A stretch of 64,000 nt of DNA from assembly GCF_009914755.1 (NCBI RefSeq), contig NC_060928.1. One strand, written 5' to 3'. The stretch comes from the human T2T-CHM13v2.0 reference genome, Homo sapiens. Shown here one piece after another: positions 43,901 to 58,400 of the stretch. The stretch's first letter is position 1. Each line of letters starts with the position of its first letter. Position numbers and translations under genes: made by a program. Under the pieces are notes generated by a model, which was not told the origin of the DNA, did no database searches, and saw only the letters and a list, made by a program, of their open reading frames with translations.

Positions 43901-44759
43901 CTTTCCCAGACAGAAAGGGAAGTACAACATTATTAATACTTTTAACAGGAAGTAAATCTGTTTGGAGACTTAACTGCTGTATACCAGCAATGAAAATATG
44001 GGGGGTCTAGAACAGGCCAGGACGATTTCTTAGTCTTTTGCCAAGCCAAAGTCTCTCAGTATGCAGTAAGTTTAGTGGGACATGGGAATAAAATAAATCA
44101 GAGACCCCTACCTATGCCAGAGGTAATAGACGGTAGATGGTAATCTGGCATAGTTAGAGATTTTCCCCCATCTAGTTATCCAGCTTGGTGTTGACTTCAG
44201 TGTTAATAAATTGAGGGTGGAAGAAACAAGAATAGACAGGAGCTCTAAGCTTACTGGGTAAAGGGGGACAGATTAAAAGAGACAGCATTTCCCTTTGAAA
44301 ACTCTTGATATAATGGGCTCCAACCATATATTTTTTGGAAGAGCTTTGACATTTCCCCTTTCCCCTCATACTTTGACAAGGGAATTCTTTTATTTTCTGC
44401 CTGAGCTCTTAGAGAGATGGCTATGCAAGAAAGCAACAAATGGAATATATATGGCATACGCTTTTCACTTAACCTGGGACAAGTGACTGATCAAACGTTC
44501 TAAAAATGAGAATATGGGGTGCTTTAGGTATGATTCCAACCTACCAACATGGTAATATAGATAGAGAAGTAAATATATTTAATAGCAACAGAGAGTAAAC
44601 CTAAAATGCTCACAAACTGTTAAGCATATATGGACCAACAGAGAGATCAAGAGCCCAAAGGAAGCACAAATTCAAAACCATTGCTTTCGTGTCATCTACA
44701 ACATTCAAAACACAAGGTTACATAAAACTAGGGGAATGACAAAAATTAGCAAAGGACAC

Positions 44760-45100
44760 TAATCACAGTATGATAGGCCATTGAAATACTGTAAAGTTTC
44801 AAGCATCTTATTATGGGAAAAATATCAAAGAGTTGAAAGGTACAGAAATGACAACAAAATGATAAATGTTATCAATGTTTATAACTGAAAAAAACATAGA
44901 AAAAGAGGTTTTTTTCATTAGAAAGGAAGAGATTAGAAGAGAGAATTATTGAGGTATCTAAAACTCTGATGACTATTGAGAAAGGAGAGACAGGAAATGG
45001 CTCAAAAGCAAAAGAGAACATGAGCAGAAAGAAACAAAAGACTGCATTAAAGGGAATTCAGAAGCAATGTATTTGCAGAGTGTAATTACTATGGTCTGAG
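44760..45100 (+). mobile_element. L3/CR1 LINE 3' fragment
   Basis: agagttgaaaggtacagaaatgacaacaaaatgat (ELERVQRRATKMI-like); gaagagattagaagagagaattattgaggtatctaaa. Confidence 0.45.
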
Positions 45101-46620
45101 AAAAGGCTACTGATATCAGATGGGCAATATCCAAATCCTGAGTGTATTTTTACAATGAGTCAGATGAGGGTTTTGTTTGTTTGTTTTCATTTGCTTTTTG
45201 TTTTGTTTATGGCTGTGAGAGGTGGGAATGAGGGGGACTCGGTGGGGAGGGTAGTGGGTTGGAGGTGGGAGAGGGGATACTCTATAAGGCACAGAACCTA
45301 CTTACAGGGATTGATTCATCAGGACGACATGGCTCCTTTCCTTCCTGAAATGCGAGCTGCTCTCGTTCATTAAGTTAACACACTGATCTGGCAGAGCCAC
45401 ATCCTGGAATCCTAAAAACATCAGCTTCCATCTAAACTTTTCATTTCTTATATGCTTAATTTGGCTTAGTCAGCTTGATGGCAAGTTTGCAATATTATAA
45501 ATATGCATATGGCCTGGTATCTGCCACCCATCTGATCCTGACTTAGTTGCCTATAGGAAAAAGCATAAGCCAGATAGGATGTGCCGGTGGGCAAAGCTCC
45601 AGGTTTGGAGTTCAGGTTCAGTCTTGATAAATATCAGATAATACTGACTGCTTATCTAAACTGCTCAGTCCCATAAAGCCTGTGACCTTTCTTCAATCAC
45701 CTGACTAGGTCTTGTTCGCTCAGGGTAGAGCAGAAATTTTAAAAGCAACCCACACAAGCCACAGTTTTACCATAATTTTGCCTACTAATGTTATAAAATA
45801 TTTTGACATTCAAATGTCTCATCCTTCAGGGTCAAACCAACACTTATTATTCTCTATGAAGATGTATTCCCCTACATTATGCTGTCCCCAAAAATTAAAG
45901 GTATAGAAATTCAGAAAATAGCCTTACCACACTGGGTGCTTGTGTCACACTGGTGCATCCATAGGTTGGTAGTATCACAACAAAAAGTCTTTCTCCCCTC
46001 AAACTAAAATTCAACCCTCCTGCATCCACAAGACATTGCTTTGCTAATTTTCTTCTAAAATGTTAACCTCATTTTTCCTTGAACCTGTAAATGTTTTAAA
46101 ATACCTCCCAAAGAACCTCCTCCTGTAGTAACAACTATATCCCAACCTGCTAAAAAACTTCTCTCTGTGGCAAAATAAATAAATTAATTAAATTTTTTTA
46201 AAAATAAAAGGAACAAACTCACAGACTCTGCTTCTTCGAAGTCCCCAGCACTCATTTAGGCCCCAGTCTCTACTTTAATATTTAGTTTGAACATCATTTT
46301 TGGTGCACCTTCTCCATCCAATCCTCTCCATCCAACACCAGTCATGGCTAAGCATATTTTAGACTACATGCCCAAAGCATTTTGTAGGTCTCCATTAGAG
46401 TTTATATCACATGTTATCTCTGTATGGTTTGTGAGACTGCATTTCCTATTCAATTCTGAACTCCATAAGGTCAGAAATGATGTCTTATCATTTTGGCCTT
46501 CCCTAGTAGAATGATTGGTACATAATAGATATTCAATAAATGTTTATCAAAATCAATAAAGTTGTGTTAACTGTTCCCAATAAGGGTGGCTGCGGATGGT
46601 TGGGAAAGAGAGCCTGCTGG

Positions 46621-46975
46621 TGCTAAGGTCTCAATATTTGTATGCCCCTACATTCATATGTGGAAACAGTTCCAATGTGAAGATACTTGGATGTGGGGCC
46701 TTTGGAAGATGTTCAGGTCATGAGAGCAGAGTCCTCATGAATGGGATTACTGACTCTATAGGAGATCCCAGGGAAACTCTTTCCCTTTCTACCACCTGAG
46801 GACATAGGAAGGTGCTGTCTATGAAGCCAGAAGAGAGTCCTCACCAGACACCAAATCTGCTAGCAGCTCCAGCTTGGACTTCCCCACCTCCAGAACTGTG
46901 AAAAATGTATCTCTGTTGTTTATAAGCTACCCAGTCTATGGTATCTTGTTATAGCATCCTGAAAGGACTAAGTCA
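46621..46975 (+). mobile_element. MaLR solo LTR (MLT1A-like)
   Basis: TG...CA ends; gtggggcctttggaag...ggtcatgagagcagagtcctcatgaatgggatta; ctcaccagacacc; ctccagaactgtga; tataagctacccagtctatggtat. Confidence 0.85.
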
Positions 46976-47209
46976 CCAGGTGATCACTTTTACCATGAAA
47001 ATCAAGGAGAAGGTGAGACTGGACAACTTTTTCTAAGGTAGTTAGGAAAATTACCATGAATTTAAGCCACTAGAAAAAAGTTTTTAATCCATACTCTCCC
47101 TCCCCCACCAAAAAAAGTGCAAAAATTCAAGTTTTTGAGCAAATGCTTACTAACCAACCCCAGAAGGTATTTTAGAGGTGTCTAGATCTGAATTTTCTTA
47201 GAGAAGTTT

Positions 47210-48100
47210 AATAGTAGCAACACATGTGGTATATGGAGCATTTTTTCCTAAGTGTTTCCATCTTTATCTTGGCATATATTTTCACAAATCTAGCCAGCAG
47301 ATATGAGAATATACTGAGATTTCATTTAGCAGATGAAGAAACCAAAGACTCAAGATGTTAGGCAATTTTCTCAGAATTATACAATGTGTCAACAACTGAT
47401 TGGTATCCAGTCTCCTAAATCCACGCTGCACGTTCTAGCAACCTAAACTTGTCCTCTTTATAAAGGATTCCCCTTTCTCGTTTCATTTCTTTCTTTTATT
47501 AATGCATACATTCATTCATTATACAAATATTTTAGTTAGACCTATGATAAAAGAAAAAGAATCATCAATTTGGAGCTCAGAGGCTTGACCTGGAGTTCTT
47601 CTAACACATACGTAAACATTCAAATGCAGCCGAATATAATGAAAAGAATACTTGGAAGATCTGGGCTCGATTCCACTCCACTGCTTTCTGGCTAAGTGAT
47701 CTTGAGCAAGTCATTTCACTTCTCTGAACCTCAATCCCTTTTTCTACAAAACAAAAATAGAAGTATTTATGTGATTTACTTCATAAGGAGCTTTTGAGAT
47801 GGAAAACCTGAAACCACCTTGTAAAATGTAAAAGCTATATAGTGACATTGATAACATTTATTGAATATTTACTATGTGCACAGTGATGCCATAGATATTT
47901 CATAGGCATAGACTAATTTTAATCCTCACAATGATCCTGTGAGGGAGACACTATATTATTCACATTTACAAATGAGAAATTCAAGGAATGAAGGAGTTAG
48001 GTAACTTTTAGAAAATCAAACAAGTAGGAAATGGAGCAAGGATTGAATCTAGACAGGGACATGCCCAGGACCATCTCTAAACCACTTAATTATGCTGGCT
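47210..48100. mobile_element. Cluster of three MIRs (about 47210-47440 minus, 47625-47840 plus, 47850-48100 minus)
   Basis: MIR core motifs on both strands: gtgatcttgagcaagtcatttcacttctctgaacctca; aatcctcacaa...tttacaaatgagaaa. Confidence 0.7.
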
Positions 48101-48249
48101 CCCAAACGAAGACACTGAGCATTTTCATGTTCTAGGAATTTAGGATGTATTAACTCATGCAATAACTCTTTGTATGTATTATACCACTCAATCCCCTCTA
48201 CAACCCTCTAAGTGTGTCCAGAGGCAGTTAATAAAGATAACTAAGTTCC

Positions 48250-48830
48250 AGCTTGCTCCTCTATTCTTTCTGAACACAGCAGCTGGAGTGAGCCTTCGCT
48301 CAAAACCCACTAATGCTTCTCATTTCATTCAAAGTAGAATACAATGTCTTTGCTATGGCCTAAAAGGTCCTGTACAGTCTAACCTTTTGTTGCTTGCCCT
48401 ACCAGTCACCTAATTTCTCTTTTCAAGTCACACTGACCTCCTTGCTGTTTCTGAAAAATGTCAGAAACATGTTTCTTCTCAAAGAATAACCTATCAGAGG
48501 TTCCTTCTTTTACTATTCAATATAAAAGAGAAACTACCCACCCCAACCCCAGCCAATTTCTAGCTCCTTCTGGGTTTATTTTTTTATGGCACTCATTATC
48601 ATGGGGATTTATTTTTGCCACCTTATATATTTTATATGTATCTGTTTGTTATCTGTGTCCCTCCTGCCACACATACATAAACACTCCCTCACCACGTGTG
48701 TGTGCATGCACGCACACACACACACACGAATATGAGCTACTTAAACCAAAATCTATCTGTTTTCTGCTGTTGCTCTCAATACCTAGAACGGTGCCTGACA
48801 TGCAGCAAAAGCCTCAAAACTTGCAAGTTT
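48250..48830 (+). mobile_element. L2a LINE 3' fragment
   Basis: gtcacactgacctccttgctgtttctgaa; 3' end acctagaacggtgcctgacatgcag. Confidence 0.65.
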
Positions 48831-49664
48831 TATGAAAAATTGATTCTGTGCACTCAGATTTTAAAAATCAGATAAAAAGGCAAGGGAAACTTACTAAAGA
48901 TTCTGATAAACAGTTTACAGTGAAAAATTGGGGGTTAGTATGTTTTTACTCCATTTTTTTAGACCCTTTCAGGAGCCCCAAATACAGTCCTCTATTGTGA
49001 AATAAGGTAAAGTATATCTGACCAAATCAATATCCAACTACATCTCTCACCTACAGGGGTCCTTACCTTTGCTTCCACCCAGACAGTAGCCAAGTTTGTT
49101 TTCAGTCACAAATAAAGGATTAAAATTTACCTGATTCAAGCCAGGCATAGAAAAAAGAATTAGAGTTTAGGCATGTGTAGAATGTGATTCTTGTTATCTC
49201 TGATCTACTTCACGGGAAGGTTTGTTTCACTAGAAGTTGCAATGGACTCGTATCACAAAAATACCTCGTGCATCATTTTTAATCCAAAAGAAGGTAGGTC
49301 CTAACTAACTTATTATTATTCCCTTGCTTTTTCTCTAAAAACATTTGTTTGCCTCTGTTTTATAACACTATGGGACAAATGAGGTGAGGAGGCAGGTGTC
49401 TCAATAAGAAAATGCTAAAACAGAGCAAAGCGTGGTAGAACTCTCCCGAGAGGAAGTGTTCGCAGAGGTTTCAGAAGGACCTGAGCAGGCAGGAGGAGGA
49501 GATGCTGTTTTGTATTGGTCCCATGTATTTGGCAACCCTGGAATATAATATGGTGGTGTTATCATCATTTCATGGAAGAACTGTTCAGAAACCAGGGAAC
49601 TGGAACATAAATCTCACTGTTCTCTGGCTAGGTCAGGTACCTCAATCTCTTTCCTTTCTATGAG

Positions 49665-49860
49665 GCATTAGTAGCCAGTGGAAAAAGCATGAACTTTAGA
49701 ATCAGACAAAATTGATTTTGAGTTTTGGATCTACTATGTGTTAGCTGTGTGATTTGAATATATCACCTAACCTTCCTGATCCTGTTTCTGCCCATCTAAA
49801 ATTGCATTTATAATATCTGCTCCCTAGGACTTTTGTGAGGATCCAATTAAGTTATGCGGT
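49665..49860 (+). mobile_element. MIR SINE
   Basis: gtggaaaaagcatgaactttagaatcagac...tagctgtgtgatttg...catctaaaatt...ttttgtgaggat. Confidence 0.7.
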
Positions 49861-51748
49861 AAAGACCAAATGGTCTTGAGCTATGAAAGTCTGTTTCCTT
49901 CTTTATTGCCTTCTTCTCCCATAATAAAAACAAAAACAAAAACATAAAATACAATCAGCTAACTCTTGATAAAGGCTGCAACTGTTAAAGTGACATCTTA
50001 TCATTTGTTTTTGAAGTAAAGATTACAAATGCTTCTCCATAAGTGTCTAATAAAAAAGACCTAGGTGTCAAATAATGTGGTTAGGGATTAATGAAAACTT
50101 CTGCATTTACCTTCTGTACTTTGAGTAAAGCATTTAAGATCCAATGGTCGGTACATGTCCTTGCAGCGTTCATCCCTTAAATTTGGTAAGAAAAGAACTG
50201 CTCAAATCTTTAGCTTGTAGGAGGAGACATAAGATAAAATGCAAGAAAAACTTTGGTATAAAGAGGAACCGAAAACACGATTTGCCCCTGGGGAACGTCA
50301 GCTCTCCTCTGTCTGACTCTCTTTTCACTCACACACAAAAAAAATACTGAGAAATTTCAAAGTCACTTGGTTAAAAGAAAACTTTAAAACAGCCAGGGTG
50401 CCTACAAAGCAATCCCTATTCTGCCCTGAGTTATGTAGAGAGCAGCTTGGATCTTCACATATCTAATACAGTGTCAGAGCCAAGCCAGTCCCAGGATTAT
50501 CATGAATCTTGTATGAAGGCTAAGTGTGGCTTCAGCCTGCCACTGTTTGAGGGGTAGGAATTGGAACCCCAAATTTAGCCCTGCGTCCTGCTCATGTCTC
50601 AAGGGAGTGGGAGCCTTGAAAGCTTATTTGATTGCCCAGTTTGATATTCCCAGTGTTTAGTAGTAAAATCTGCACCACAAGCTAGCAAAAATAGAAACTC
50701 TGATTCTAAGAGGAAAAAATAAGATGGATGCAATTATACAAGGAAGGAGAACAACAACAACTCTGAAGCTGCATGAAATAAATATTTTCTTAAAATCATA
50801 CTATGGTCCTTTGTAAAGGGAAATAGAGCTAAATATTAATAAACCATATGGCTTTTATTGAATTTATTTCATTTAAAATATGTCTAAAGGCACCAAAATA
50901 ACTTTAGGCTCTAATTTTAAGGAAATTCATTTTAAATTCTCTATTTTGAAATTTTATTTACTCACATTGCTTATCTCTTGAAATGTAAAGGTTTGATTTG
51001 TGACAATCACTTACTCTATAAGCACCCAAAAGTGTTAATGACATCGTGGAGGTGTCCTAAGACTGAATCTAGCAGGATGAATAGTAATGCATTCTGAAAG
51101 ATTTCTAAAAAGCTTAGTGTATTTCTATATAACAAATGTATCTGTGCAATTTTTATCTTCCTAAAAAACAAAGGATTAGAAGTTACATTGGGAAAGAATG
51201 AGATATGAACAATACTTACAATATTTTACTGTTGTATACTATCTTATAGCTCATTCAGATATTTTTTACAGACAATATAGTTTCTCATTTTTACATAACA
51301 ACATGCCTGTTAAAAAAAATTCCCTCTTTTAGCAGATGATGAAATTGGGGCCCAGAGAGCTAAAGGTTCTTTACCAAGTAAAAACACAGCTAGAAGACAG
51401 TAAAGCCAGGGCCAGCTGGCAATTCCTCTGGCCTTTGAGTTATGGTCTAGGCCAGTGGGCAATGAGGATGAGCAACATACCTAGGCTAAATGATTTTTTT
51501 TTTTTGAAGCTATTTTTGCCCCATACCTATGATACTCCTATGTCAGTATTTTCCTTTTTTGCTTTATACTATAAGAGTAACATACTTTTCAAATTTCTGA
51601 TTTTATAATTCAGGAACAAAAGTAAAAAGGTTTACTGGAAGGGAAGTTGATAAGATTATTTTCAAATCATTTTCCAAACATCTTACAGCTTGCAGTTTGT
51701 TTAGCTTTATTATGCTTTTATATTTTAAATAACAACTGTTTTAGATAG

Positions 51749-52057
<309 letters not shown>

Positions 52058-52919
52058 TTAGATAGTATTTTAAAATGTACATTAGGTACATTTCTTCACA
52101 AAAGGTGGTTTTTGTTTTCTGGAAAGTTACCTCTATATTTAGAATGGAAAGCTCTATATAATTTTTCCCAATGACATTTACTATGCTAAAAAAAAATCGA
52201 GATTTTTTTATTTCATTCAACTAAGCAGAACAATAAAATATAAGACATTCCATTGTTCAGTTTGTCTCATTTAGAAAAGAGCCTCTGCTTGTAAAAGTAG
52301 TCTTGTGATTTAGAAATAAAAATTGTATATCTGAAGATGATTTTTTCAGAATTTATACATTTATTTTATATTTATCAAAAGCCTATTTATGTACAGAAAA
52401 ACAAAATCAGATATTGTACAGCTGGAAAACCAGTATTCCATGACAGATTAAGAAAATATACATAGCAAAGGATCCAGGCCTGCCATTCTGTTTTCCTTTT
52501 AGAATTTTAGTCAACTAGGAAATAGAGTTCGAAGAAATGACATTCTCTTTCTGCTGTTTAATTTGGCAAGCGGTGGAGGGGTACCCACAGCTGGCCCCCA
52601 TCACTTGCACCCAAGATTAACACAAGGTGATTTGGACAAACCTTAACCTCCCCTCCCCTGGCGTCTCCTTCCCAGGAATCAGTTGGGATCAGGACTGCCA
52701 AGTCAGAGCTCTGGGGCTGTTAACTATAGGAAAACTCTGAGAAATTAAGATACGGAAAAATCTCCAGAAAACTGCATGAGGACTTATTTCAAAATATTGT
52801 ACATAATAATCAGAATTCAAAATATGAAAGAAGTACCACCAAGACTGCCACTCCAGAACTTTGTAATAAATATTGTATTGGCTGTCTTGATAATTGGTGA
52901 GCTCCCCAGGTTTCCAACC

Positions 52920-53700
52920 CACCGTTCATGTGCCTACTATGAGTCAAGCACTATGCCAGGTGCTGATCACACAAACATAAAGATGGTTCATTGTCTTTCT
53001 TCAAGAAGCTTACAGTCCATAATGCAATATTGTGAGATAAGTGCTGTGCTAGAGATTGGCAAGAGGAAGAGCTCTTAATCCAACCTCAGGGGAGAGGGAA
53101 GATTTATAACTGGATTACTTGCTCCATATAAACAAAGGCCAACCTCAGCACCAGGCACTATACCTGTTCCCTGATAGAATCTCAATGAAGTTGATAACAA
53201 CTGAACTGAGTCTTACAGAATGAGCAGGATTTATATAGGTGATGAGAGGAGGGAATGGTTTTTCAGGTACGCCCAGGAGTAGAAACGGTAGAGAAGGTGA
53301 GTTTTTGAAATTGTAAGCCAGGTTTTAGATGTAGCTGAAATGATGAGTGTCAGTGGAAAACCCTGAGCAATAAGGCTAGAAACATATGTGCGAGTATATC
53401 TTGAAGATTTTGTAGACCAGGCTGAGAACTATAAACACTTTATAGAAAAATATCAAAGTTCTTACTTTCAGAGATTGAATAAACCAATCATTACAGTATA
53501 GTATATGCATAGGTTACTGCTACAAGAGTACAGGAGAGACACAACATAATCAAACTGCCCAAGAGGCCTTACCAAAAATGTGATCCTTGAGTACTATGTT
53601 GTTGAACTTCACCCTGAAAGAAATGGGGAAACATGGAAAGACTTTATGCAGAGGAATCATATGTGCATACTTCCATTTTAGAAAGGTCTGAATATGATGT
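52920..53700 (-). mobile_element. L2 LINE fragments
   Basis: gcctactatgagtcaagcactatgccaggtgctg...tcaagaagcttacagtc; gaactgagtcttacagaatgag. Confidence 0.6.
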
Positions 53701-53717
53701 GACTAAGAAAATCAGTG

Positions 53718-54195
53718 AAATGGTTCTCTAAGGGGCAATAAATACTACACCAGGAAGCATGTTGAAAAATTTTTGCTGTCACAATAAGAAAGCATTATGA
53801 GCATTCAGGATACAGGGGTCCAGGAATGCTGGAGATCTTGCAGTTACTGCAGTCCAGAGTAAAGAAGAGATTATTCCTGTGCCTAACATTGCTTTCTAAT
53901 GTTCCATTGCACATTCAAGTATAGAAAACCCTCTTTAATGATCTGGATTAGAATCTAACACTGTTTTACTTATTAAAACAAAGCACTTTCCACTGTTTTA
54001 ATATATACTGAATTGTACATAAATGCAGGTACCCTATAATTTAAGATAAAATTTTTATTTTGTTTTCCTTTGAACTTTGTCAAGAATTGTACCCCATTCA
54101 GAAAAAAAGAAATGCATCAAGGAAACACTGTTTATTACCAATACAGCACACCTGTATCAGTCAGCTCTTATAGCTGTTGTATTCACAGTGCTTCC
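53718..54195 (+). mobile_element. MER20B-like hAT DNA transposon
   Basis: ttgctgtcacaat; ccaggaatgctgg; tagaatctaacactgttttac; caatacagcacacctgtatcagtc...tagctgttgtattcacagtg. Confidence 0.6.
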
Positions 54196-54408
54196 ATAGG
54201 CACAAGCTTCCAGAATTGGTTTAGACATCTTTTCTTCCCCAACAGCCTTTCCTATGACCCAGCCCCAGTTCCAGCCACAAGACCAGCTAATGGAATCTCA
54301 GCAGGCCTCAATCCTGCTCTCTGTGAGGAGGGGTATTAAATAGAGATCTAGAATTCATGACAGACAACATCATAGACAATTTGAATTGGGAATAAAAGTG
54401 TATTTGAA

Positions 54409-54610
54409 CAGTGGCTCTCAAGCTGAAGTGTGGATCAGGATCAGAATTACTCAGGTAGTTGAATTACAAAGGCAGGTTCTCAAGTTCTACTCTCTGAGAA
54501 TCTGTGTCAGCTAGTCTGAGGTGAGGCCAGAGAGTTTAAATTTTTAACAAGTTCCACAGGGAACTCTGTTGCAGATGTTTAAATCTTGGAATACCTTGAG
54601 AGAACCACAA
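54409..54610. mobile_element. MER5A hAT-Charlie MITE
   Basis: TIR-like ends cagtggctctcaa ... ttgagagaaccac; internal atcagaattactc, gtctgaggtgaggcc, tttttaacaagttcc. Confidence 0.7.
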
Positions 54611-56057
54611 CACTGTCTAAGGTCTCCTTGAACCTAACATTCTATGATTCCTTGAAGACTATGGCATGGGAGTGAGAGGCTTCCCTCTGTCCCCTGATTA
54701 GGCCCACCAGAACTCTGAGCACCACCAACCTGACCTTGACTCCAGATAAGTCACCAGATGAGTCACGTATGTGTTAGTGATCACACAAGTATGCTCTAAG
54801 CAACTCACAAAACAACTACATTTTTCTATTTGTTGTTAGGTACACAAAGTGCCACCCTTAGCATTCATAGACATTTATAAAAGAGTAAATGGTCAAAAAT
54901 GACTCAAAATATATAATGTATGTCATAGCAGGTGTATAAGAAATAAAGTTTGCCAAACTGCACTGAAATTTACTCCATGACAAGAGCAGTGCATTTTCTC
55001 CATGGCTGTCATAGATTTCATGGATCCTGAGAAATCCAGCCATTTTTAGAAATCCCATGAAATTTACCTTTTCACTCGAATCCACATGAAATCAAAATTT
55101 TTCCCTACGAGTCCCCATAAAATTGGCACATTTCCTCAGAAGACCCCATGAAATTATAAAGAATATTGCAGATTCTTTGCTTCTAGCCCTTGTTGCACAT
55201 CTTAAAGAAACAGGTTAGAGATTGCAGAATTATTTCATTTCTCTGATGATATTTCCCTAAAATCACTATGAAAAACAGCAAGGCAACAGCTGTTAAATAG
55301 GTAATTTCCGAGTGAAATAGAACTTGAACCTACTACGCATAACCTGAAAACATAACGGAAAATTTTTTCAGATGAAAACAATAGTAATATTCCAAACATC
55401 TAATAAAAATAGGAAGTTGCCCCAATTTTTCTCTTAAATAAAATGCCCATTATTACTCATTTTCTAATTGCTCTTAAATTTATCTACACTTTGATATTAT
55501 AAAAATTTCTGGGAAGCCAACTGAAGTTGGGAAGTTAGAAATAAAGAGAATATTCCAATTTTCACATTAGCAAACTATGTAATAATCACATCGAAACAAA
55601 ATATTCCCCAAAGCAAAAAGTTATATTCTCATATATAGGTTTGCAATGGCAAACGATGTCTTTCCTAAGTTCTACTTCACAGGATGTTGTGAGAATAAAA
55701 TGGGATAATGAATGTGCAAATGCAGACTGTAAAGTGCTTTAAAAATATACAATAGTAATTTGGAGCAGTTTTCAGATTTAATGAGAAAAAATTGATTATA
55801 ATAAAGGAAGATATAGATATTTCTGCTAAAACTAGCATACATATTCCAATTAATATAAAATGAACATTCAGCCCTTTCTCTTCTCAAAGAAAAATTGAAT
55901 AAGAAAAAATGTTAAAAAGGCATCACAGCAAAACAAAGCAAAATTGCAGTACATCAATGGTTTTCAATTATTACTATTTATTCAGCAGGAAAATAAAAGG
56001 AACACACATATTTCATATTCCTATAATAATCATAAAATTTCATCCTCCTGGTTTTAC

Positions 56058-56434
56058 CTATATCTTGATTCCCTCAGGATGATTAAGCAAAACAAGCTCT
56101 CAGTTCAAGTCAGTAAGGCCACACCTCAAATGTCATTTCCTGAGTGTGAACAAGTATTCCACTAGAAGGAGGAAGTTTTGCTGCAGATGGAGGCTCTTGA
56201 ATGGTAACTGGCCTACAGAAATTCAAAGCTGCTTTTGCGTTTGCCTTAGCACTTTCATTTTGAATCATGGAAATATTGAACCATTTATAAGATTCATCAC
56301 GCACGATCACAAATCCAGAAAGGTGCTAAGGATGACCACACAAATCAGTATAATGAAGAGAGTTACTCCATGCTGCCAGCCAGAAATTTTAGGAGCATAT
56401 ACAGTATTACTTAAATGTAAATAAACAGATGCAA
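56058..56434 (-). pseudogene. Candidate decayed coding exon (hydrophobic segment plus lumenal-like stretch), family unknown
   Basis: Acceptor ttcttctttcctttctgtag| and donor ATAG|gtaaaa; overlapping frames give GVTLFIILICVVILSTFL then VIVRDESYKWFNISMIQNESAKANAKAALNFCRP; stops and a frameshift present; mirror homology at about 60060-60190. Confidence 0.3.
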
Positions 56435-56669
56435 CTACAGAAAGGAAAGAAGAATTTAGCTTGTTCTGATATTTGGAATTCGATTCTGATCCAGATGGGA
56501 GATCTTGTGCTGTCCCGGTAAAAACATCACTGTAGACAGAAAAGTGCTTCTCCCAGCTCTCTACCAACATTGATTGGATTTCCCTTTAGGTTAATCAATC
56601 TGCAGCTGAATTAACTTTCTTTCTGTTCCGATAAGCTTTCAGGCTCTCCAACAACACCCAGCAGATAGA

Positions 56670-56850
56670 ACATACCGCTGAAAATCAGCGGAATGGAGTT
56701 CTAATCCTAATTTCGCTATGAAATACTCATGTGACCTTGTGCACCTCAGTTAACCTCTTTCAGCTTCATTTTCCTTATCTGTAAAATGGGGACAATAATC
56801 CCTTACATGACAACTTTTCAGTTTTAATAAAGCTCATGTAACATGCTGTC
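56670..56850 (+). mobile_element. MIR SINE
   Basis: gtgaccttgtgcacctcagttaacctctttcagcttcattttccttatctgtaaaatggggacaataat. Confidence 0.8.
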
Positions 56851-57084
56851 AACTGAAAAGTACGGCACACCTTTCCAGGCTTTCCTCAGAAGGAAATTCA
56901 GTATGCAGAAGACCCCTAGGAGTATGCTTCTGAAGCCAGAGCCAAGGGGCAACCCTCAAGTACTTTCAGGATCCCAATGTTTGGACTTAGCAGAGTGAGC
57001 ACATACATCTGTAAGCAAACCATTCTTTATGCTTCAGATTTCTAATCTAAAAACAACCAGGATAACAAAATTGAAACCGGTGTT

Positions 57085-57237
57085 TCTTGTGTTATAAGAG
57101 GTTTTGAACATTGATTGACTAAACCAAACAAACACACGAGCACCTTGGCAAAATATCAATAATCCAGAGCTTTTTACCTGTTGATGAAGTGGTTTAGCCC
57201 TTTGCTCTATTTAATTAACCTGTGTGCTAAGTTATAT
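57085..57237 (-). repeat. Left arm of a long inverted repeat (partner 58341-58490)
   Basis: Reverse complement aligns by hand to 58341-58490 at about 126/154 positions. Confidence 0.92.
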
Positions 57238-57685
57238 TATTTTCCTCACTTTGTGATGAGGCTTTGATGAGAAAACCACAATGCAAAGATTATCCCAGGG
57301 GCCTCCAGTTAGGAAGTGATGGAGAAGGGACTTTTTTCATGTGACCTTAGCCACCAAGTCCCAGGAGGCTTTTGTCTTTGTTTCCATTGATATTTGGGAA
57401 TAGATTGTAAAATGTTTTGTTAACAAAGAAACATTGTACCTTGTTTTTTAATTAATGAAGAGACCATTTGAGGGTGGAGATTGTAATTTAGAGATGTTTA
57501 AGGAAAACTTATAAAGGTGAAGTTAAAATGCAGGAGATAGAGTTTTACCACTTCTTATTTTTATGTCTGAAAATCAGAATAAACCAGTAAGGTTAGAAAT
57601 TACCATAACAAGAATTTTTTGTGATTAGTTAAACATTAAATTGCTACTACTATATATTTTCCTTCTTATCTTGCTTAGACAAATG

Positions 57686-57722
57686 AACAAACAACAACAA
57701 AACAACAACAACAACAACAAAA
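57686..57722. repeat. (CAA)n simple repeat
   Basis: Direct reading. Confidence 0.85.
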
Positions 57723-58308
57723 ACCCTGGCTGTCCTGAAGGCCCACCTGTAGAAAATCTATGCTCAAAAAATTAAGCAGGTAAAATGCAGCGTGGACTAA
57801 GGAAGCAGCTACCCATAGAAATGGTCCTTAGCCCATCACCAGAGACAATTTGTATTTCTCCCAAGCTACAGAACTACTCATATCTGACTTGAGACATTTA
57901 AATGAACTGATTGCTTGACTGAGGCGTCCCAAAGTCTGTCCGTCACACTGACTTCAGTACTCAAAACTTGCCCCAAATTTTGATAAGTGTTTTTAAGGAG
58001 CATAAATATGGGACAAATAATGCCTAATTCATCTGAGTTGTCATAGGATTTCATATTTGATATTTTAAAAATATTAAATAACAGAAAATAGTTGATTAAT
58101 ATACTGCAACTAAACGGTTGTATTTCATATATTTTCTTTACAACATCATTTATATCCTGGCATTTTTCTTCATTATAAAAGGGCATTTATTAATTTATCT
58201 ACTCACTAATTTGACAGCTATTTAATGAACTGCTACTCTGTACCAGGCACTAAGCTAAGTTCTGGAAATTCGGATATGACCACAACTCTTTTCTCTTTTG
58301 TCCTTTAG

Positions 58309-58400
58309 ATCTCTTCAAGTGGTTCAAGGTAGTAAGGTGTATATAACTTACCAAAGAGGTTCATTAATTAGAGCCAAGAACTAAGCCACTTCATCAACAG
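58309..58400 (+). other. Candidate exon (92 nt) with strong splice signals
   Basis: ctcttttctcttttgtcctttag| acceptor and CAG|gtaaga donor; no expression evidence available. Confidence 0.35.

Noticed and set aside
56671-56695. Small hairpin ccgctga-aaa-tcagcgg
   Set aside because: Only a 7-bp perfect stem at the edge of a MIR; expected by chance.
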